Of a DNA stretch of 64,000 nt, positions 11,206 to 22,530 are shown in pieces (positions within the stretch are counted from its first letter, which is position 1; each line of letters begins with the position of its first letter). Source of the stretch: Candidatus Hodarchaeota archaeon (lineage in GTDB: Archaea; Asgardarchaeota; Lokiarchaeia; Sigyniarchaeales; SOKP01); contig JBHLJY010000007.1 of assembly GCA_048887225.1 (NCBI GenBank), positions 62,021-126,020 on the forward strand, written 5' to 3'. The position numbers and the translations under genes were made by a program. The notes beneath the pieces are model-generated. The model saw nothing but the letters and a program-made list of their open reading frames with translations. It was not told the DNA's origin and did not search any database.

Positions 11206-11745
11206 TTGATGAAGAAAGCTGTAAAAATGACACTTCGGGAGAAAAAAATGTTTGTCGTTTTTATGCTTATATATACAATATTAATTTTTTTAACAAGTTT
11301 TTTTATTCAGATAGCAACAACTCCTAATGGTGGTGGCGGAGAACTTACAACTTTTTTTATAATAATTTTCTTTTCTACATCGCTAGTTCTTTCTCTTTTA
11401 TATGCATGGATAATTGTTGCCAGAAATAGAAGAACATTTGCAACATTAAAGTGTATAGGTTGGACCAATGGAAATATTAATAGGTTAGTTACAGGAATTA
11501 TTTTATATACGACTCTTATGGGTTTTATCATTGTAATAGAAGTGTTATTTCATTATGCGGCTATAGTTACATACCTGCAATCAGCAAATATATCAGCAAA
11601 CATACCTGCAATATTAATTAGCTTAGTTCCAGTTGCTTTAACATTTGTAGTTTTTTTAGTTGTTCAATTAGTCGCAATTCTTTTAGCAAATAGGAAAGTT
11701 TTAAAGGTAAGACCAATGTTAGCACTAAAAAGGGTAGGTGAATAA
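11206..11745 (+). CDS. Short FtsX/MacB-like ABC permease
   Basis: Four TM segments, RRTFATLKCIGW and P..AL motifs, overlaps the ABC ATPase gene. Confidence 0.8.
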   Translation: MMKKAVKMTLREKKMFVVFMLIYTILIFLTSFFIQIATTPNGGGGELTTFFIIIFFSTSLVLSLLYAWIIVARNRRTFATLKCIGWTNGNINRLVTGIILYTTLMGFIIVIEVLFHYAAIVTYLQSANISANIPAILISLVPVALTFVVFLVVQLVAILLANRKVLKVRPMLALKRVGE

Positions 11746-12433
11746 AAAGATGCCAGTAGTTAAAGACGTTATAATTGATGCTATTGATGTAAATAAAGAA
11801 TATAGACGAGCTGGGGCAATAATAAGAGCGTTAGTAGATATTAATCTTACAATTAAATCGGGTGAATTTGTTATAATTCAAGGACCAACTGGATGCGGAA
11901 AGTCAACATTACTTAATGTGTTATCAGGTTTGGATTTACCAGACTCAGGTAAAATAATTTTTGATGGTGAAAATATAGCAAGGGCTACGGAAACACGCTT
12001 AGCTAAAATTAGACGTCAAAAAGTTGGTATGGTTTTTCAAGACTTCAATCTAATTAAAACTCTGACAGCAATGGAAAATGTCGAATCAATGTTATGGCCT
12101 ACAGTATTAAGTAATAAGGAGATCGAAAATAGAGGTATTGTAGCTCTACGAGATGTAAATATGCTTGAAAGAAAAGACCATTTCCCTGTTGAAATGAGTG
12201 GAGGCGAAAAACAACGGGTAGCAATTGCAAGAGCAATAGTGGGGAAACCGAGAGTCGTCTTCGCTGACGAGCCCTCGGGTAATTTAGATCCTGATTCAGA
12301 AAATCAAATTATGGAACTTTTAAAAAATATAAATCGCGATTATGAAACAACAATTCTATGTGTTTCACATCGAGATTCCGTAGCTAAACATGGTGATAGA
12401 ATAGTTAAAATGGATAACGGAAAAATTATTTAA
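11738..12433 (+). CDS. LolD/MacB-type ABC ATPase
   Basis: GPTGCGKST, MSGGEKQRVAIARA, FADEPSGNLD. Confidence 0.95.
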   Translation: MNKKMPVVKDVIIDAIDVNKEYRRAGAIIRALVDINLTIKSGEFVIIQGPTGCGKSTLLNVLSGLDLPDSGKIIFDGENIARATETRLAKIRRQKVGMVFQDFNLIKTLTAMENVESMLWPTVLSNKEIENRGIVALRDVNMLERKDHFPVEMSGGEKQRVAIARAIVGKPRVVFADEPSGNLDPDSENQIMELLKNINRDYETTILCVSHRDSVAKHGDRIVKMDNGKII

Positions 12434-12609
12434 GTTAAATATTAAAAATTTCTTTTAATTTTTTTTGAGTTTTTGTCGTTTTGATAATTATTGGACTAAA
12501 GATCATTTTAATACTAGTAATTTTGATTTAATCAAGATAAATATAAATATCTTAAGAATATAAAAATATTATAAAATTAAATAATAAGATAAATAAAGAG
12601 GTTTTAAAT

Positions 12610-13248
12610 ATCGGATTTTTACGGATTTTTGGATCGGGCATCGTTGGAATGATATTAATGATTCCAATAGCTTATATTTGTTTTGTTTCATTTGATACGC
12701 TAAGCTTAATTACTGGCGGTTTAATTCAAAATATACTTGGGTTGGTAAGTGGTTATGGAGAAATTGTTATGTTTATTTTCGGTGCGTTCTTAGGAGTAGG
12801 TTTAGTTTGTATATTTCCGATTCATTGGGCTCTTATAAATCATCCTGATAATATATTGTTATTATTAGCACTTGTACTTCCTTGGATTATTACTTGCTCT
12901 ATAGCTTCGTTTTTGTTTGCTCATAGTCCCCGAGGAGGTATACATACGAGTTTAGCTATTGGACTTGGCTATTTCATTCTGATGACGATTCCTTACCTTC
13001 TATTCTCGTTTTTTTTAAGTCAAGCTGGTCTTGCAGGAGTTAGTATAATTGATGGTATCACAATAGGATTAACTGGGATGCCATGGGTACTTTCAGCTCT
13101 TACTGCTACAATGGAAGGAGCTGGCATTGGAGCAGTTTTTGGAGCGCTTGTTGGTAGTTTTAAATATAAACCAGAAGGAAAAGAAAAAAAGAAGTCAAAA
13201 AAATCTAAAAAAGAGTTAGAATCCATAGTGGAGCCCACTTTTGATTAA
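12610..13248 (+). CDS. Hypothetical multi-pass membrane protein; probable ATC start at 12610 (ORF track gives 12649)
   Basis: Hydrophobic helices and Lys-rich tail; GAGGT at 12598-12602 followed by in-frame ATC-GGA-TTT (I/M-GFLRIFGSGIVG). Confidence 0.75.
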   Translation: MGFLRIFGSGIVGMILMIPIAYICFVSFDTLSLITGGLIQNILGLVSGYGEIVMFIFGAFLGVGLVCIFPIHWALINHPDNILLLLALVLPWIITCSIASFLFAHSPRGGIHTSLAIGLGYFILMTIPYLLFSFFLSQAGLAGVSIIDGITIGLTGMPWVLSALTATMEGAGIGAVFGALVGSFKYKPEGKEKKKSKKSKKELESIVEPTFD

Positions 13249-13463
13249 TAATTTAGTATAACTGCTACAACCAAATTTATTGATGAATATTACACCAATT
13301 ATGGAGAAAAACTAATTCTAGGAAATGACTTCTTACTAATTGTGGAGCTAAAAGAAAGTAATTTGTTTATCTTAAGAAAAGTTATTAAATTTTTAAATTT
13401 TAAAAATAAATATATTTTATATAAGAAAAATAGGTATAAAAATTAAGTTAGAGATGGCATATT

Positions 13464-14489
13464 ATGCCTAAGGAAATTAGAGGTATTATCGTAAGTCGAT
13501 TAGTTGTTTTAATATCTATAATAGTGCTTCCAATAATTATATTTTTGATTTTTATTTTTGCGGATTTTAAACTTTGGTTTTCTGACAATCTGGCTTTAAA
13601 TTTTTGGATAATAAAAATTCTCTGTCCTTTAATATTTAGCATATCATGGATTTTTTTTTTAATTCTATTTTCAACAAGATTTTCAATAGCTATTGAATCT
13701 ATGGATAAAACCGTTGCGGTTGTTCCTATTAGATTGAAACTATTTTTTGGAGCAAATGCGCTCTTTATTCTTTTTATATTTGTGTTTCCAATAATCACAC
13801 CAATAATATCTGTTTTAAGTTTCTGCAGTATAGCTTGGAGGTTAACTTTTAGAAAGGAAGCATGGGAGGAACAAAAAACTCCCATGTTCACAAAGATTTT
13901 AATGGTAATTTTTTCAGTACTGCCAATCATTTGTTCAATAATCATATTACCACAATATTTAATTTTAGCACTCTTCTTATGGGAGGATTTATGGGTTCCT
14001 CTATTGCCTTATCTTTTTAAAATTTCATACGCAATATATACAGCATTGGCAATTGGTTCATTATTTTTCTTGATTGCAAATAGAGGTATTAGTGAATATG
14101 AACAAATCTTTGCTGAGCCTAAATCAGAAGCAACAATTTGGTATATTAGAATTCTTGAACTATTTTTATTTATTTTCTTTTTGTTTTTAGAAGGATTTTT
14201 TACTGGATTTCAAAGATTTGAAATCATTGATTTATTCTATTATAGCGGTTTTTTCATTGGAATCATCGTAGCTTTTATTAATTTTATTAACGGTAAAAGG
14301 AAAGACGTTAGTTTTAAAAGTTATTTTTTCGGGTATCTTTTAGCAGGAGTTTTTATGGGAGCAAATCTGCTTATATTTAATGCCGAATTATCATTTTGGA
14401 TTCAAATGTGGAGTTTGATAATTTCTGCTGTTTTATTCATTTTTATCTTCTTTTTTACGTTTATACGAGTAGAAGAATCTGAATTTTAG
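13464..14489 (+). CDS. Hypothetical polytopic membrane protein
   Basis: 341-aa ORF with about 9-10 hydrophobic segments. Confidence 0.75.
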   Translation: MPKEIRGIIVSRLVVLISIIVLPIIIFLIFIFADFKLWFSDNLALNFWIIKILCPLIFSISWIFFLILFSTRFSIAIESMDKTVAVVPIRLKLFFGANALFILFIFVFPIITPIISVLSFCSIAWRLTFRKEAWEEQKTPMFTKILMVIFSVLPIICSIIILPQYLILALFLWEDLWVPLLPYLFKISYAIYTALAIGSLFFLIANRGISEYEQIFAEPKSEATIWYIRILELFLFIFFLFLEGFFTGFQRFEIIDLFYYSGFFIGIIVAFINFINGKRKDVSFKSYFFGYLLAGVFMGANLLIFNAELSFWIQMWSLIISAVLFIFIFFFTFIRVEESEF

Positions 14490-14799
14490 TACTAATAATT
14501 AATAATTCTTTTTTTTTAAGCTTTTATCTTTCTAATCAATAATTAGAAAGATTTATTTTTTATATTTAGAAGAGAGAGGTGACCACTTTAACTATGGTAA
14601 ATTTTTTCTTTAAAATATAATTTAAGTGAAAAATTGAGATTTATATTAATAATTGAACTATATATAGTTAAGCTATTAACTATAATTCAAAGAATTTAAA
14701 GATTCTACTGCAATCGAACAATAATTATTATATAGTTGATTTAAAATTATAAATTTAAGAATATTTATTTTTTAAAACTTGTTTATAAGAAAAGATGTG

Positions 14800-16986
14800 A
14801 TGAAAGAAATGAATTTTAAGGCTTTAATGATTATTGCATTTTTCGTTGTTTCGATGATTTCAATTCCAACAATGGTTTTTGGACAAGAAGATGAAGACTC
14901 TGATGAAGAAGATCAGGCTGGTAATTTTAAGGATTTCCGTGGAGGTTTTGGTGGAATTTTTAGCGAGAACATGGGTTATGGTGGAGATTTAATTGGGAGA
15001 TTGTTTGAAATTCTTCTTCTCGACGGAGTAGATCTTGAAGATGATGAAGAAGGAGATGGAATTTATGTATTATCTGCCAGTGATACAGAAACTTATACGG
15101 GCGAATATGATTTTGCAAAGGAAGGAGATACTGAGGAGATCCATTATTTACCATTTGTAGACTATTTAAGTCATAACGAAACCTTCGGGACACAAAAATG
15201 GCATTCTCCTGACGGAATAAATGATTATAATGAAACTCATATAGACGGATTTGCCTATTGCAGAATTGAAAAATCGGGAGGATTCGATTATGATTTACTC
15301 GTTGGTGCTGCTCTCACTCTTATTATCTGGGACTATGATGGATCCTTTATTGAGGCTGCTCAAAAAGTGCTTTCTTGGGCAGAAAAATTCGATGAAGATG
15401 AGGATGATCCAGAAGTAATTGCTGAGGGAATTGAAGTATTGACATGGCTCTTAGTTCATATAAATGATATTTTTACTGGTGATGAATTATTTGTATTTAA
15501 TCCAATTGTTTGGCAACAATTAGATATAACACCTTGGAATAGCAGTTTAGGGAAACCATCCGATTTCAATATTACTAAAACTTGGTATGATACTGGTGAT
15601 GATAATGAAATTGATGGTGATGACATAAAAATCAAAGATAAAACTTATCCTCCTATTGATGGTCAGGATATTTTAGATGATTGGTTAGCTAATGCAACTG
15701 GTCCATTAAGAGATAGTTACATGCAGTGGTTATTGAATGATACTATTCCTGCTGAGGATGTGATAGAAACTATCTGGACTCAATTTTCATTTGATATTGC
15801 TCAATTATGGATGAAAGAGTTCTACATTGAAATAGATATGAGCAAAGTAGATGAAATTAACGACGATGATGATGTTGAGGAAGTTTTTGGTGGATGTGAA
15901 ATCGAATTTTTTCTCTTCACACATCATTTAGCTGGCGTTTTTCTATATAATGATGATAATGAGGATGAAAAAATTACGGTTGCATATGATTATCTCAGAA
16001 ACGAATCCGCAGATTTAGGGCCTGATGGGAAGCATCCAATAATATATACGAATGGAACAGCAGCAATGATACCCACCTCTAACGAAGTTACCCATCAATT
16101 AATATTAGGAACTGTCGGGGGGTTTAGTTTTGATGAACCAGATGTTAAGGATGATACTGTAAAATGGGGATTAAGCTTGAGCAATGCAAATGTTTCGGCT
16201 GTACCAGTGGGTGTCGATCTAAATTCTTATCTTAATGCACCTCAGGAACAACTTGATACAATATTTTTTGGTTTAGAATTTGAAACCGATATGGAAGATC
16301 CTGATGATGAAGGTGAAATAGAAGCAGAAGGAAAATTAAAACTAGATACTTACTGGGCTGAATGGAATGATGGGAATGGCCCTAATAACCAAGATGTCGA
16401 GCAATATGCATTAGATATGGCAATCATCTATGTATCAACCGTTTTACACTTTGAACTAGACATGGATAAGGATGATGAACCTGATGATCCTGATGATGAG
16501 TATTTGGATGAACAAGATTACTCCTCAACAACACATACTTTAAAAGTTGGAGATTATATTGAAGAAGATGCTGAGGATAAGCTTGATTTTGTCGACATTG
16601 CTGGTCCATATTATTCTCTTATCAATAGTAGTGGGAGTAATATTATTGATCAAGCAACTACAAGTATTATCCCTGTTGCATTATGGGAAGGAGAACACGT
16701 TTCGCATGGTAAATATGCAGGTGAAGAAGAAACACCCGAGGATGAAAATTCTAGTGATATTGATACTGTAATAAATGCTAAATGGAGTATCGTTCTCTAT
16801 GCTGTTTGTTATCCTGGCTTTAATGGTACAGGTATGGGTATCTTGCATGACCCTATTTTCAATGTTTACATGGTTTTTACACCTGAAACTGCTGGTTTCT
16901 GGGCTTTAATTCTTTTAATAGCTGGCATCGGATTGGCAGGAGTAGCAACGATTTTAATTAAAAGAAGAAAGGATAGGAAATTCTAA
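14800..16986 (+). CDS. Large acidic surface protein with signal peptide and C-terminal TM anchor
   Basis: N-terminal hydrophobic leader, very D/E-rich body, several NxS/T sequons, C-terminal TM followed by KRRKDRKF. Confidence 0.8.
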   Translation: MKEMNFKALMIIAFFVVSMISIPTMVFGQEDEDSDEEDQAGNFKDFRGGFGGIFSENMGYGGDLIGRLFEILLLDGVDLEDDEEGDGIYVLSASDTETYTGEYDFAKEGDTEEIHYLPFVDYLSHNETFGTQKWHSPDGINDYNETHIDGFAYCRIEKSGGFDYDLLVGAALTLIIWDYDGSFIEAAQKVLSWAEKFDEDEDDPEVIAEGIEVLTWLLVHINDIFTGDELFVFNPIVWQQLDITPWNSSLGKPSDFNITKTWYDTGDDNEIDGDDIKIKDKTYPPIDGQDILDDWLANATGPLRDSYMQWLLNDTIPAEDVIETIWTQFSFDIAQLWMKEFYIEIDMSKVDEINDDDDVEEVFGGCEIEFFLFTHHLAGVFLYNDDNEDEKITVAYDYLRNESADLGPDGKHPIIYTNGTAAMIPTSNEVTHQLILGTVGGFSFDEPDVKDDTVKWGLSLSNANVSAVPVGVDLNSYLNAPQEQLDTIFFGLEFETDMEDPDDEGEIEAEGKLKLDTYWAEWNDGNGPNNQDVEQYALDMAIIYVSTVLHFELDMDKDDEPDDPDDEYLDEQDYSSTTHTLKVGDYIEEDAEDKLDFVDIAGPYYSLINSSGSNIIDQATTSIIPVALWEGEHVSHGKYAGEEETPEDENSSDIDTVINAKWSIVLYAVCYPGFNGTGMGILHDPIFNVYMVFTPETAGFWALILLIAGIGLAGVATILIKRRKDRKF

Positions 16987-17257
16987 ATCTAATACAATAT
17001 TTTTTTAAATTTTTTTTTAATTTTAATTTTTAACTTAAGAATTCTACTCTATTATTAATTATATTGTTTTTTAATGTAAATAAAAACCTATTTTCAAGAG
17101 ATTTATCATTAGGAACAATTTTAAGTGTTTTACAACAAAGACTTGCGATATATATTTAAATTTTATAAAATATTTATACAAAAAATACTTAAATTTTTGA
17201 TAATAAAAGACTTTTTTTAAAGAACTTAGAAATAATTATTGAAGAGGTTTCTCAAAT

Positions 17258-19048
17258 ATGAGTCCAATTAAAATGGACGATACTTATCAAGTAAATGAGA
17301 ACAAGCGATGGTTTCAAAAATGGTGGCCAGAAAATGTGCCGAAAAATGTAACTTTTAAAGAAATGACAATGAATGATATGTTAGACGAACAAGTAGAAAA
17401 ATATAGGCGCGATAATTTTATCTATTTTTTAGAAACTTGGATGACCTATGGAGAATTTCATCAATATGTTTTAGCATTGGCTACGGCTCTGGCTAATTTA
17501 GGTGTTAAAAAAGGTGATGTTGTTGCATTTCATTTACCAAATTGCTTCCAATATATTATTAGTTATTTTGCCACAACAAGAATAGGTGCTATTTCTTCTG
17601 GTATAAATCCTACATATCAACCTTTGGAAATTCTTCATCAATTAGACATTATTAAACCTAAAGTTTTAATCGTGTTAGATGCATTGTACGAAAATTACAT
17701 CATGCCAATAATAGCCAAATCAAGAATAGAAAAACTAATTTACACTAATGTTGCGGATATGGCGCATGGATTAGGGATTAAAAGAGCTCTCGGAAAACTT
17801 TTAAAAAAGATACCTAAAGGAAAAGTAGATCGCCCTGGGGCAATTAACTTTATGGATCTCTTAGATACTATACCAAACGTTCCTAAAGTGGATATAGACG
17901 TTAAAACTCATCCTGTAACTTACATAATGACGGGAGGGACGACTGGATTACCAAAAGCAGCAGTAATAACGCATTTTAATGCTGTATCGAACGCTAAACA
18001 ATGCATGTATTGGTTAGGAGGAGAAAAACCTGGTATTGGAAGTGTAGGGATACTGCCTTTATTCCACAGCTTTGCTCATACTGTAATTATGAATGCCTCT
18101 ATTGCGTTTGGAGGTTGGATCATGCTATTTCCAAGACCACCAACAGTAGAAGATTTATGCAAACTTATAGAAGAGATTCCTTGTCCAGAAGGTTTAGTGT
18201 ATGCGGGAGCAGAAATTTTATTCAAAAATTTAGCAGAATTTAGAGCCATTAAAAAGTATCCAAAAGTTATGGGAAAATTAATATTATGCGTATCTGGGGC
18301 AGGACCACTACACAGACCAGTTCGAGATGCGTTTATCAAAAATACTGGAGGAAATATTGTTGAAGGGTATGGATTGACCGAGACATCGCCCGTTGTGAGT
18401 GCAGGAAATCTGTTCAGTGAGAGCCCAATTGGCGTAATCGGTATGCCTGTCCCAGGAACTAAATGGGGTATCTGGCCCATAGAGGACTTTTCTAAAGGTC
18501 CAATTTGCTTAGGCAACCCAGACGATACAAATTTCAGTGAGGAGCACTCAGGTGAGATATGTGTTTATGGTCCACAAGTAATGTTAGAATACTTAAACGA
18601 GCCCAAAGAAACTGCTAAAACCATCAAAGAATATAAGGGGCAACTATGGCTTTTAACTGGAGATATCGGATTTATGAATGAAGATGGGACAATCGAAATT
18701 AGAGACCGAAAGAAACAACTTATTAAATATAAAGGTTATTCTGTGTATCCCAAAGAAGTAGAGGAGCTTCTAATGAAGCATCCAGAAATTTCTGAGGCTG
18801 CTGTAGCTGGTCTACCGCATGAAGAATTTGGAGAGGCTGTAAAAGCTTGGGTTGAAGTTATTTCAGGCTCTATGTTAACCCCTGATGATATTAAAGCTTG
18901 GGCTGAACAGAACATGACACATTATAAAAGGCCACTTTACATCGAAATACTTGAAGAGGTTCCTAAAAATTTGATAGGAAAAGTTCAAAGAAGGATTTTA
19001 CAAATTAATGACCCTCTTTGGAGAGCAAAGTATGGAGATACTCAGTAA
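17258..19048 (+). CDS. Long-chain fatty acid-CoA ligase (ANL family)
   Basis: MTGGTTGLPK, EGYGLTETSP, TGDIG, DRKK..IKYKGY.VYP.EVE, PKN..GK. Confidence 0.93.
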   Translation: MSPIKMDDTYQVNENKRWFQKWWPENVPKNVTFKEMTMNDMLDEQVEKYRRDNFIYFLETWMTYGEFHQYVLALATALANLGVKKGDVVAFHLPNCFQYIISYFATTRIGAISSGINPTYQPLEILHQLDIIKPKVLIVLDALYENYIMPIIAKSRIEKLIYTNVADMAHGLGIKRALGKLLKKIPKGKVDRPGAINFMDLLDTIPNVPKVDIDVKTHPVTYIMTGGTTGLPKAAVITHFNAVSNAKQCMYWLGGEKPGIGSVGILPLFHSFAHTVIMNASIAFGGWIMLFPRPPTVEDLCKLIEEIPCPEGLVYAGAEILFKNLAEFRAIKKYPKVMGKLILCVSGAGPLHRPVRDAFIKNTGGNIVEGYGLTETSPVVSAGNLFSESPIGVIGMPVPGTKWGIWPIEDFSKGPICLGNPDDTNFSEEHSGEICVYGPQVMLEYLNEPKETAKTIKEYKGQLWLLTGDIGFMNEDGTIEIRDRKKQLIKYKGYSVYPKEVEELLMKHPEISEAAVAGLPHEEFGEAVKAWVEVISGSMLTPDDIKAWAEQNMTHYKRPLYIEILEEVPKNLIGKVQRRILQINDPLWRAKYGDTQ

Positions 19049-19124
19049 AGTTGTATTATAATTATTATTTTATTCAAGTTTTATATTTTCTTTATTTCAT
19101 AAGAGTTAAATCAATTATTAAAAA

Positions 19125-19649
19125 TTAGTAAAAACCTGAATCTTCCATCATTAATCTAGTTAATGCTTCGAAAGTTGTTTCTACATTCTCCCCTGTTTTC
19201 GCACTGCATTCTATAAATGCAGCAACATCCCTTGATTTGGCCATTTTTATACCCTCTTCACCTGTTACTTCTCGCTCGACAGCAAGATCGGCTTTCCCAC
19301 CGACTACAATTATTGGAAATAATTTATTCATTTCTTTTTGAATTACAAGCAACCAATCGTCAATATGAGCTAAAGATGAATAATTTGTTATGTCGTACAT
19401 AAAAATTCCTCCGGCTGCGCCTCTGACATAAGTTGGTAATATAAATCTAAATCTTTCTTCTCCACCAAAATCCCAAATTTGCAATTTAATTTTTTTATCA
19501 TCAATTTCTAGACTCTTTACTTCAAATTCTACTCCAATAGTCATTCTGGAATCGGATTTAAAAAGATTAGTCATGTATCTCTGAGTTAATGTGGTTTTTC
19601 CAGTACCTGCATCACCAAAGATGACTATTTTATAAGTCGCGTCGTACAT
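19125..19649 (-). CDS. Rab-like small GTPase
   Basis: GDAGTGKT, TIGVEF, IKLQIWDFGGEERF, GGKAD, CSAK. Confidence 0.93.
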   Translation of the reverse strand: MYDATYKIVIFGDAGTGKTTLTQRYMTNLFKSDSRMTIGVEFEVKSLEIDDKKIKLQIWDFGGEERFRFILPTYVRGAAGGIFMYDITNYSSLAHIDDWLLVIQKEMNKLFPIIVVGGKADLAVEREVTGEEGIKMAKSRDVAAFIECSAKTGENVETTFEALTRLMMEDSGFY

Positions 19650-19861
19650 CTTGAATATAGGATTTTTTTTCTTAGCTCAATAGATAGATTTTTCAATAAT
19701 TTATAAATTCCTCAAACTTATAAATAATTTTATATTATTTAGACGTTTTTGAATTTAAATTTAATTCAATCAATACATATAAAATATGTAAAAAACTGAT
19801 AAAATTTAACAAATTTTCATTATTATTGAACTTTGAATAAATTATTGTTTAATTAACTTCT

Positions 19862-21580
19862 ATGAAAGTAATTAATAAAAATACTATTGCGAAATATCTA
19901 AATAATTACATATCTGACTATTCAATAGAGGATCTCGAAAGTTTTATTGAAATTCCACCAGCAGGAATTAATTTTTCATATGCTTTCCCAGCTTTTCCAT
20001 TAGTTAAATATAAAAAAAAGGATCCTACGTTTATAGCTAAGAATTTGGAGAAGAAATTTATCTTACCGGATTTTCTAGATAAAATTGAGGCAAATGGACC
20101 ATATTTGAATTTTAGAGTTAACGCAAAATTAGTTTTAGAGAATATTTTTAAACTTCAAAATGATTATGGAAAGATTAAAGAAGTTATTAAAAAAAGCGAA
20201 TTAAATCCTCAAAAAATTATTATAGAGTATCCATCACCTAATACAAATAAACCGCTTCATTTAGGCCACATACGAAACATGCTAATAGGGAATGCCCTTT
20301 CAAATCTTCTAAAATATAAAGGTCATAATGTATTCAAAGTTAATTTAAACAATGACCGAGGCATTCATATCTGTAAAAGTATTCTCGCGTATAAGAAATG
20401 GGGAAATAATCAGGAACCTATAGATAAAAAAACAGACCATTTTGTTGGCGATTTTTATGTCAAATATAATCTAATGGAACAAAAAAATAAAAAGCTAATC
20501 AATGAAGCAAAAGAACTTTTAAAATTATGGGAACAAGAAGATTCCGAAACAAGAGCAATGTGGAAAAAATTAAATTCATGGGCCTTGAAGGGTTTCAAAG
20601 AAACTTACGCTAAATTCGATATTTCATTTGATAAAGAATATTACGAATCAGATTTCTATTTGAAAGGAAAATATAAGGTTATTGAGGGCTTAAATAAGGG
20701 TATTTTTGAAAAAAGAGATGATGGAGCTATATTTGCTAAATTAAAAGATAAATTTGATCTTCCAGATAAAATTTTACTTAGAAGTGATGAAACCTCAATT
20801 TACATAACTCAAGAGATTTACTTAGCTTCCTTGAAAAAACAAGATTTTGATTATGATAAATCAATTTATATCGTTGGAAATGAACAAGACCTTTATTTTA
20901 AACAATTTTTTGCAGTTTTAGACATGATGGGCTTTAAAGAGGAGATGTATCATTTATCTTACGGAATGATTAGTCTACCTGAAGGAAAAATGAAAAGTAG
21001 AGAAGGAACTGTTGTTGACGCTGACGATATTGTTGAGGAAATGGAAAATCTGGCTTTCGAGGAGGTTAATAAAAGATATCCAGAACTTTCAAATGAAGAA
21101 AAATCGCATCGAGCGAAAATTATTGGAATGGCAGCTTTGAAATTTTTTATATTAAAATATAATCCAAAGTCAGATTTTATATTCAATCCAAAAGAAAGCA
21201 TTTCGTTTGAGGGAGAAACAGGACCCTATATTCAATATTGTTTTGCGAGAATTCAATCAATAATTAATAAATCAAAAGAAAACATTAGTTTAGATATAAA
21301 CTTTGAATTATTGAATCATGAAAAGGAAATAAATTTAATAAAGCAATTAAATTATTTTCCAGAAATATTAGATTCTACAATCAATACATATGGAATACAT
21401 CTAATACCTCAATATCTTTTAACTTTAGGTCAAATATTTAATTCTTTTTATGGCGAATGTCAAGTTATTTCAGAAAATAAGGAATTAGAAAAAGCAAGAT
21501 TATTATTAATAAAATGCGTTCAGATTATAATAAAAATTGGCTTAAATATTTTAGGTATTGATATATTAAACGAGATGTGA
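19862..21580 (+). CDS. argS: Arginyl-tRNA synthetase
   Basis: EYPSPNTNKPLHLGH.RN, KMKSREG, GETGPYIQY..AR, C-terminal EM. Confidence 0.96.
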   Translation: MKVINKNTIAKYLNNYISDYSIEDLESFIEIPPAGINFSYAFPAFPLVKYKKKDPTFIAKNLEKKFILPDFLDKIEANGPYLNFRVNAKLVLENIFKLQNDYGKIKEVIKKSELNPQKIIIEYPSPNTNKPLHLGHIRNMLIGNALSNLLKYKGHNVFKVNLNNDRGIHICKSILAYKKWGNNQEPIDKKTDHFVGDFYVKYNLMEQKNKKLINEAKELLKLWEQEDSETRAMWKKLNSWALKGFKETYAKFDISFDKEYYESDFYLKGKYKVIEGLNKGIFEKRDDGAIFAKLKDKFDLPDKILLRSDETSIYITQEIYLASLKKQDFDYDKSIYIVGNEQDLYFKQFFAVLDMMGFKEEMYHLSYGMISLPEGKMKSREGTVVDADDIVEEMENLAFEEVNKRYPELSNEEKSHRAKIIGMAALKFFILKYNPKSDFIFNPKESISFEGETGPYIQYCFARIQSIINKSKENISLDINFELLNHEKEINLIKQLNYFPEILDSTINTYGIHLIPQYLLTLGQIFNSFYGECQVISENKELEKARLLLIKCVQIIIKIGLNILGIDILNEM

Positions 21581-21612
21581 AAATTAAATAATTAAAGAGA
21601 TTAATTTCTATC

Positions 21613-22521
21613 ATGAAATTTTTTGATTTTGGAGAAGTCATCGATTCTAATACTGAATTCGTAATATTTGGCATCCCTTGGGATTATTTATCGTCTAATA
21701 AAGCACCTAACTCAGCAATGGCACCAAATAAAATACGTGAAATTACAGAAAATTTGGCACTTACTACTGAAATGGGTTTTAAGATACCTAATTTAAAAGT
21801 GGTAGATTTTGGAAATATAAACATTATATCGACGAATGTTAATAAAAATCTAAAGGAGATCAAAAACTTCGTTAAGAAAATTTATAAACAAAAGAAAAAT
21901 GTTATTCTCGTAATGATTGGAGGAGACCATTTTTGCACTTTTCCTGTTATAAAAGCTATTGGTAATAATTTTAATAATAGAAGTGAATTTGGTGTAATTA
22001 TATTTGATTCTCATATGGATTTCTACGAACAATGGGATAAAAATATTTATTCACATGCCACAATCTCTCATAGAATTTACGATTTAGATTACATAAATAA
22101 TAAAAATCTCATAATTGTGGGAACGAGAGACATTGATATTCCAGAGTTAACCATAGCAAATAAGGAGAATATTGTACATCTTGATGCTTATATGTTAATT
22201 GATGATGGTTTAGAAAAATTTATAGAACGCATCGTCGACTTTTTTAAACAATCAAATATCAATTACATTTATGTTTCGATCGATATAGACGTATTAGATC
22301 CTTCTATTGCACCAGGCACAGGTTACGCTATCCCTGGAGGATTGTCTTATCGAGAAATGTGGCAAATTCTAAAAGAATTAGCAAAACAATTTAATATTGT
22401 AGGATTTGATTTAGTAGAACTCGCACCAAATTTAGATCTCTCCAATAATATGACCTGTAATTTAGCTGCCAAGTTAGTAATTGAATTAATATCTTTCATC
22501 GCGAATAATAAAAAAATTTAA
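21613..22521 (+). CDS. speB: Agmatinase / ureohydrolase family
   Basis: GGDH, DSHMD, SHAT, SIDIDVLDP..APGTG, DLVELAP. Confidence 0.88.
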   Translation: MKFFDFGEVIDSNTEFVIFGIPWDYLSSNKAPNSAMAPNKIREITENLALTTEMGFKIPNLKVVDFGNINIISTNVNKNLKEIKNFVKKIYKQKKNVILVMIGGDHFCTFPVIKAIGNNFNNRSEFGVIIFDSHMDFYEQWDKNIYSHATISHRIYDLDYINNKNLIIVGTRDIDIPELTIANKENIVHLDAYMLIDDGLEKFIERIVDFFKQSNINYIYVSIDIDVLDPSIAPGTGYAIPGGLSYREMWQILKELAKQFNIVGFDLVELAPNLDLSNNMTCNLAAKLVIELISFIANNKKI

Positions 22522-22530
22522 TTGATTTAA

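Noticed and set aside
13258-13446. Start-less open frame ITATTKFIDEYYTNYGEKLILGNDFLLIVELK...
   Set aside because: No RBS or recognisable motif, and it decays into AT-rich spacer; at most a remnant
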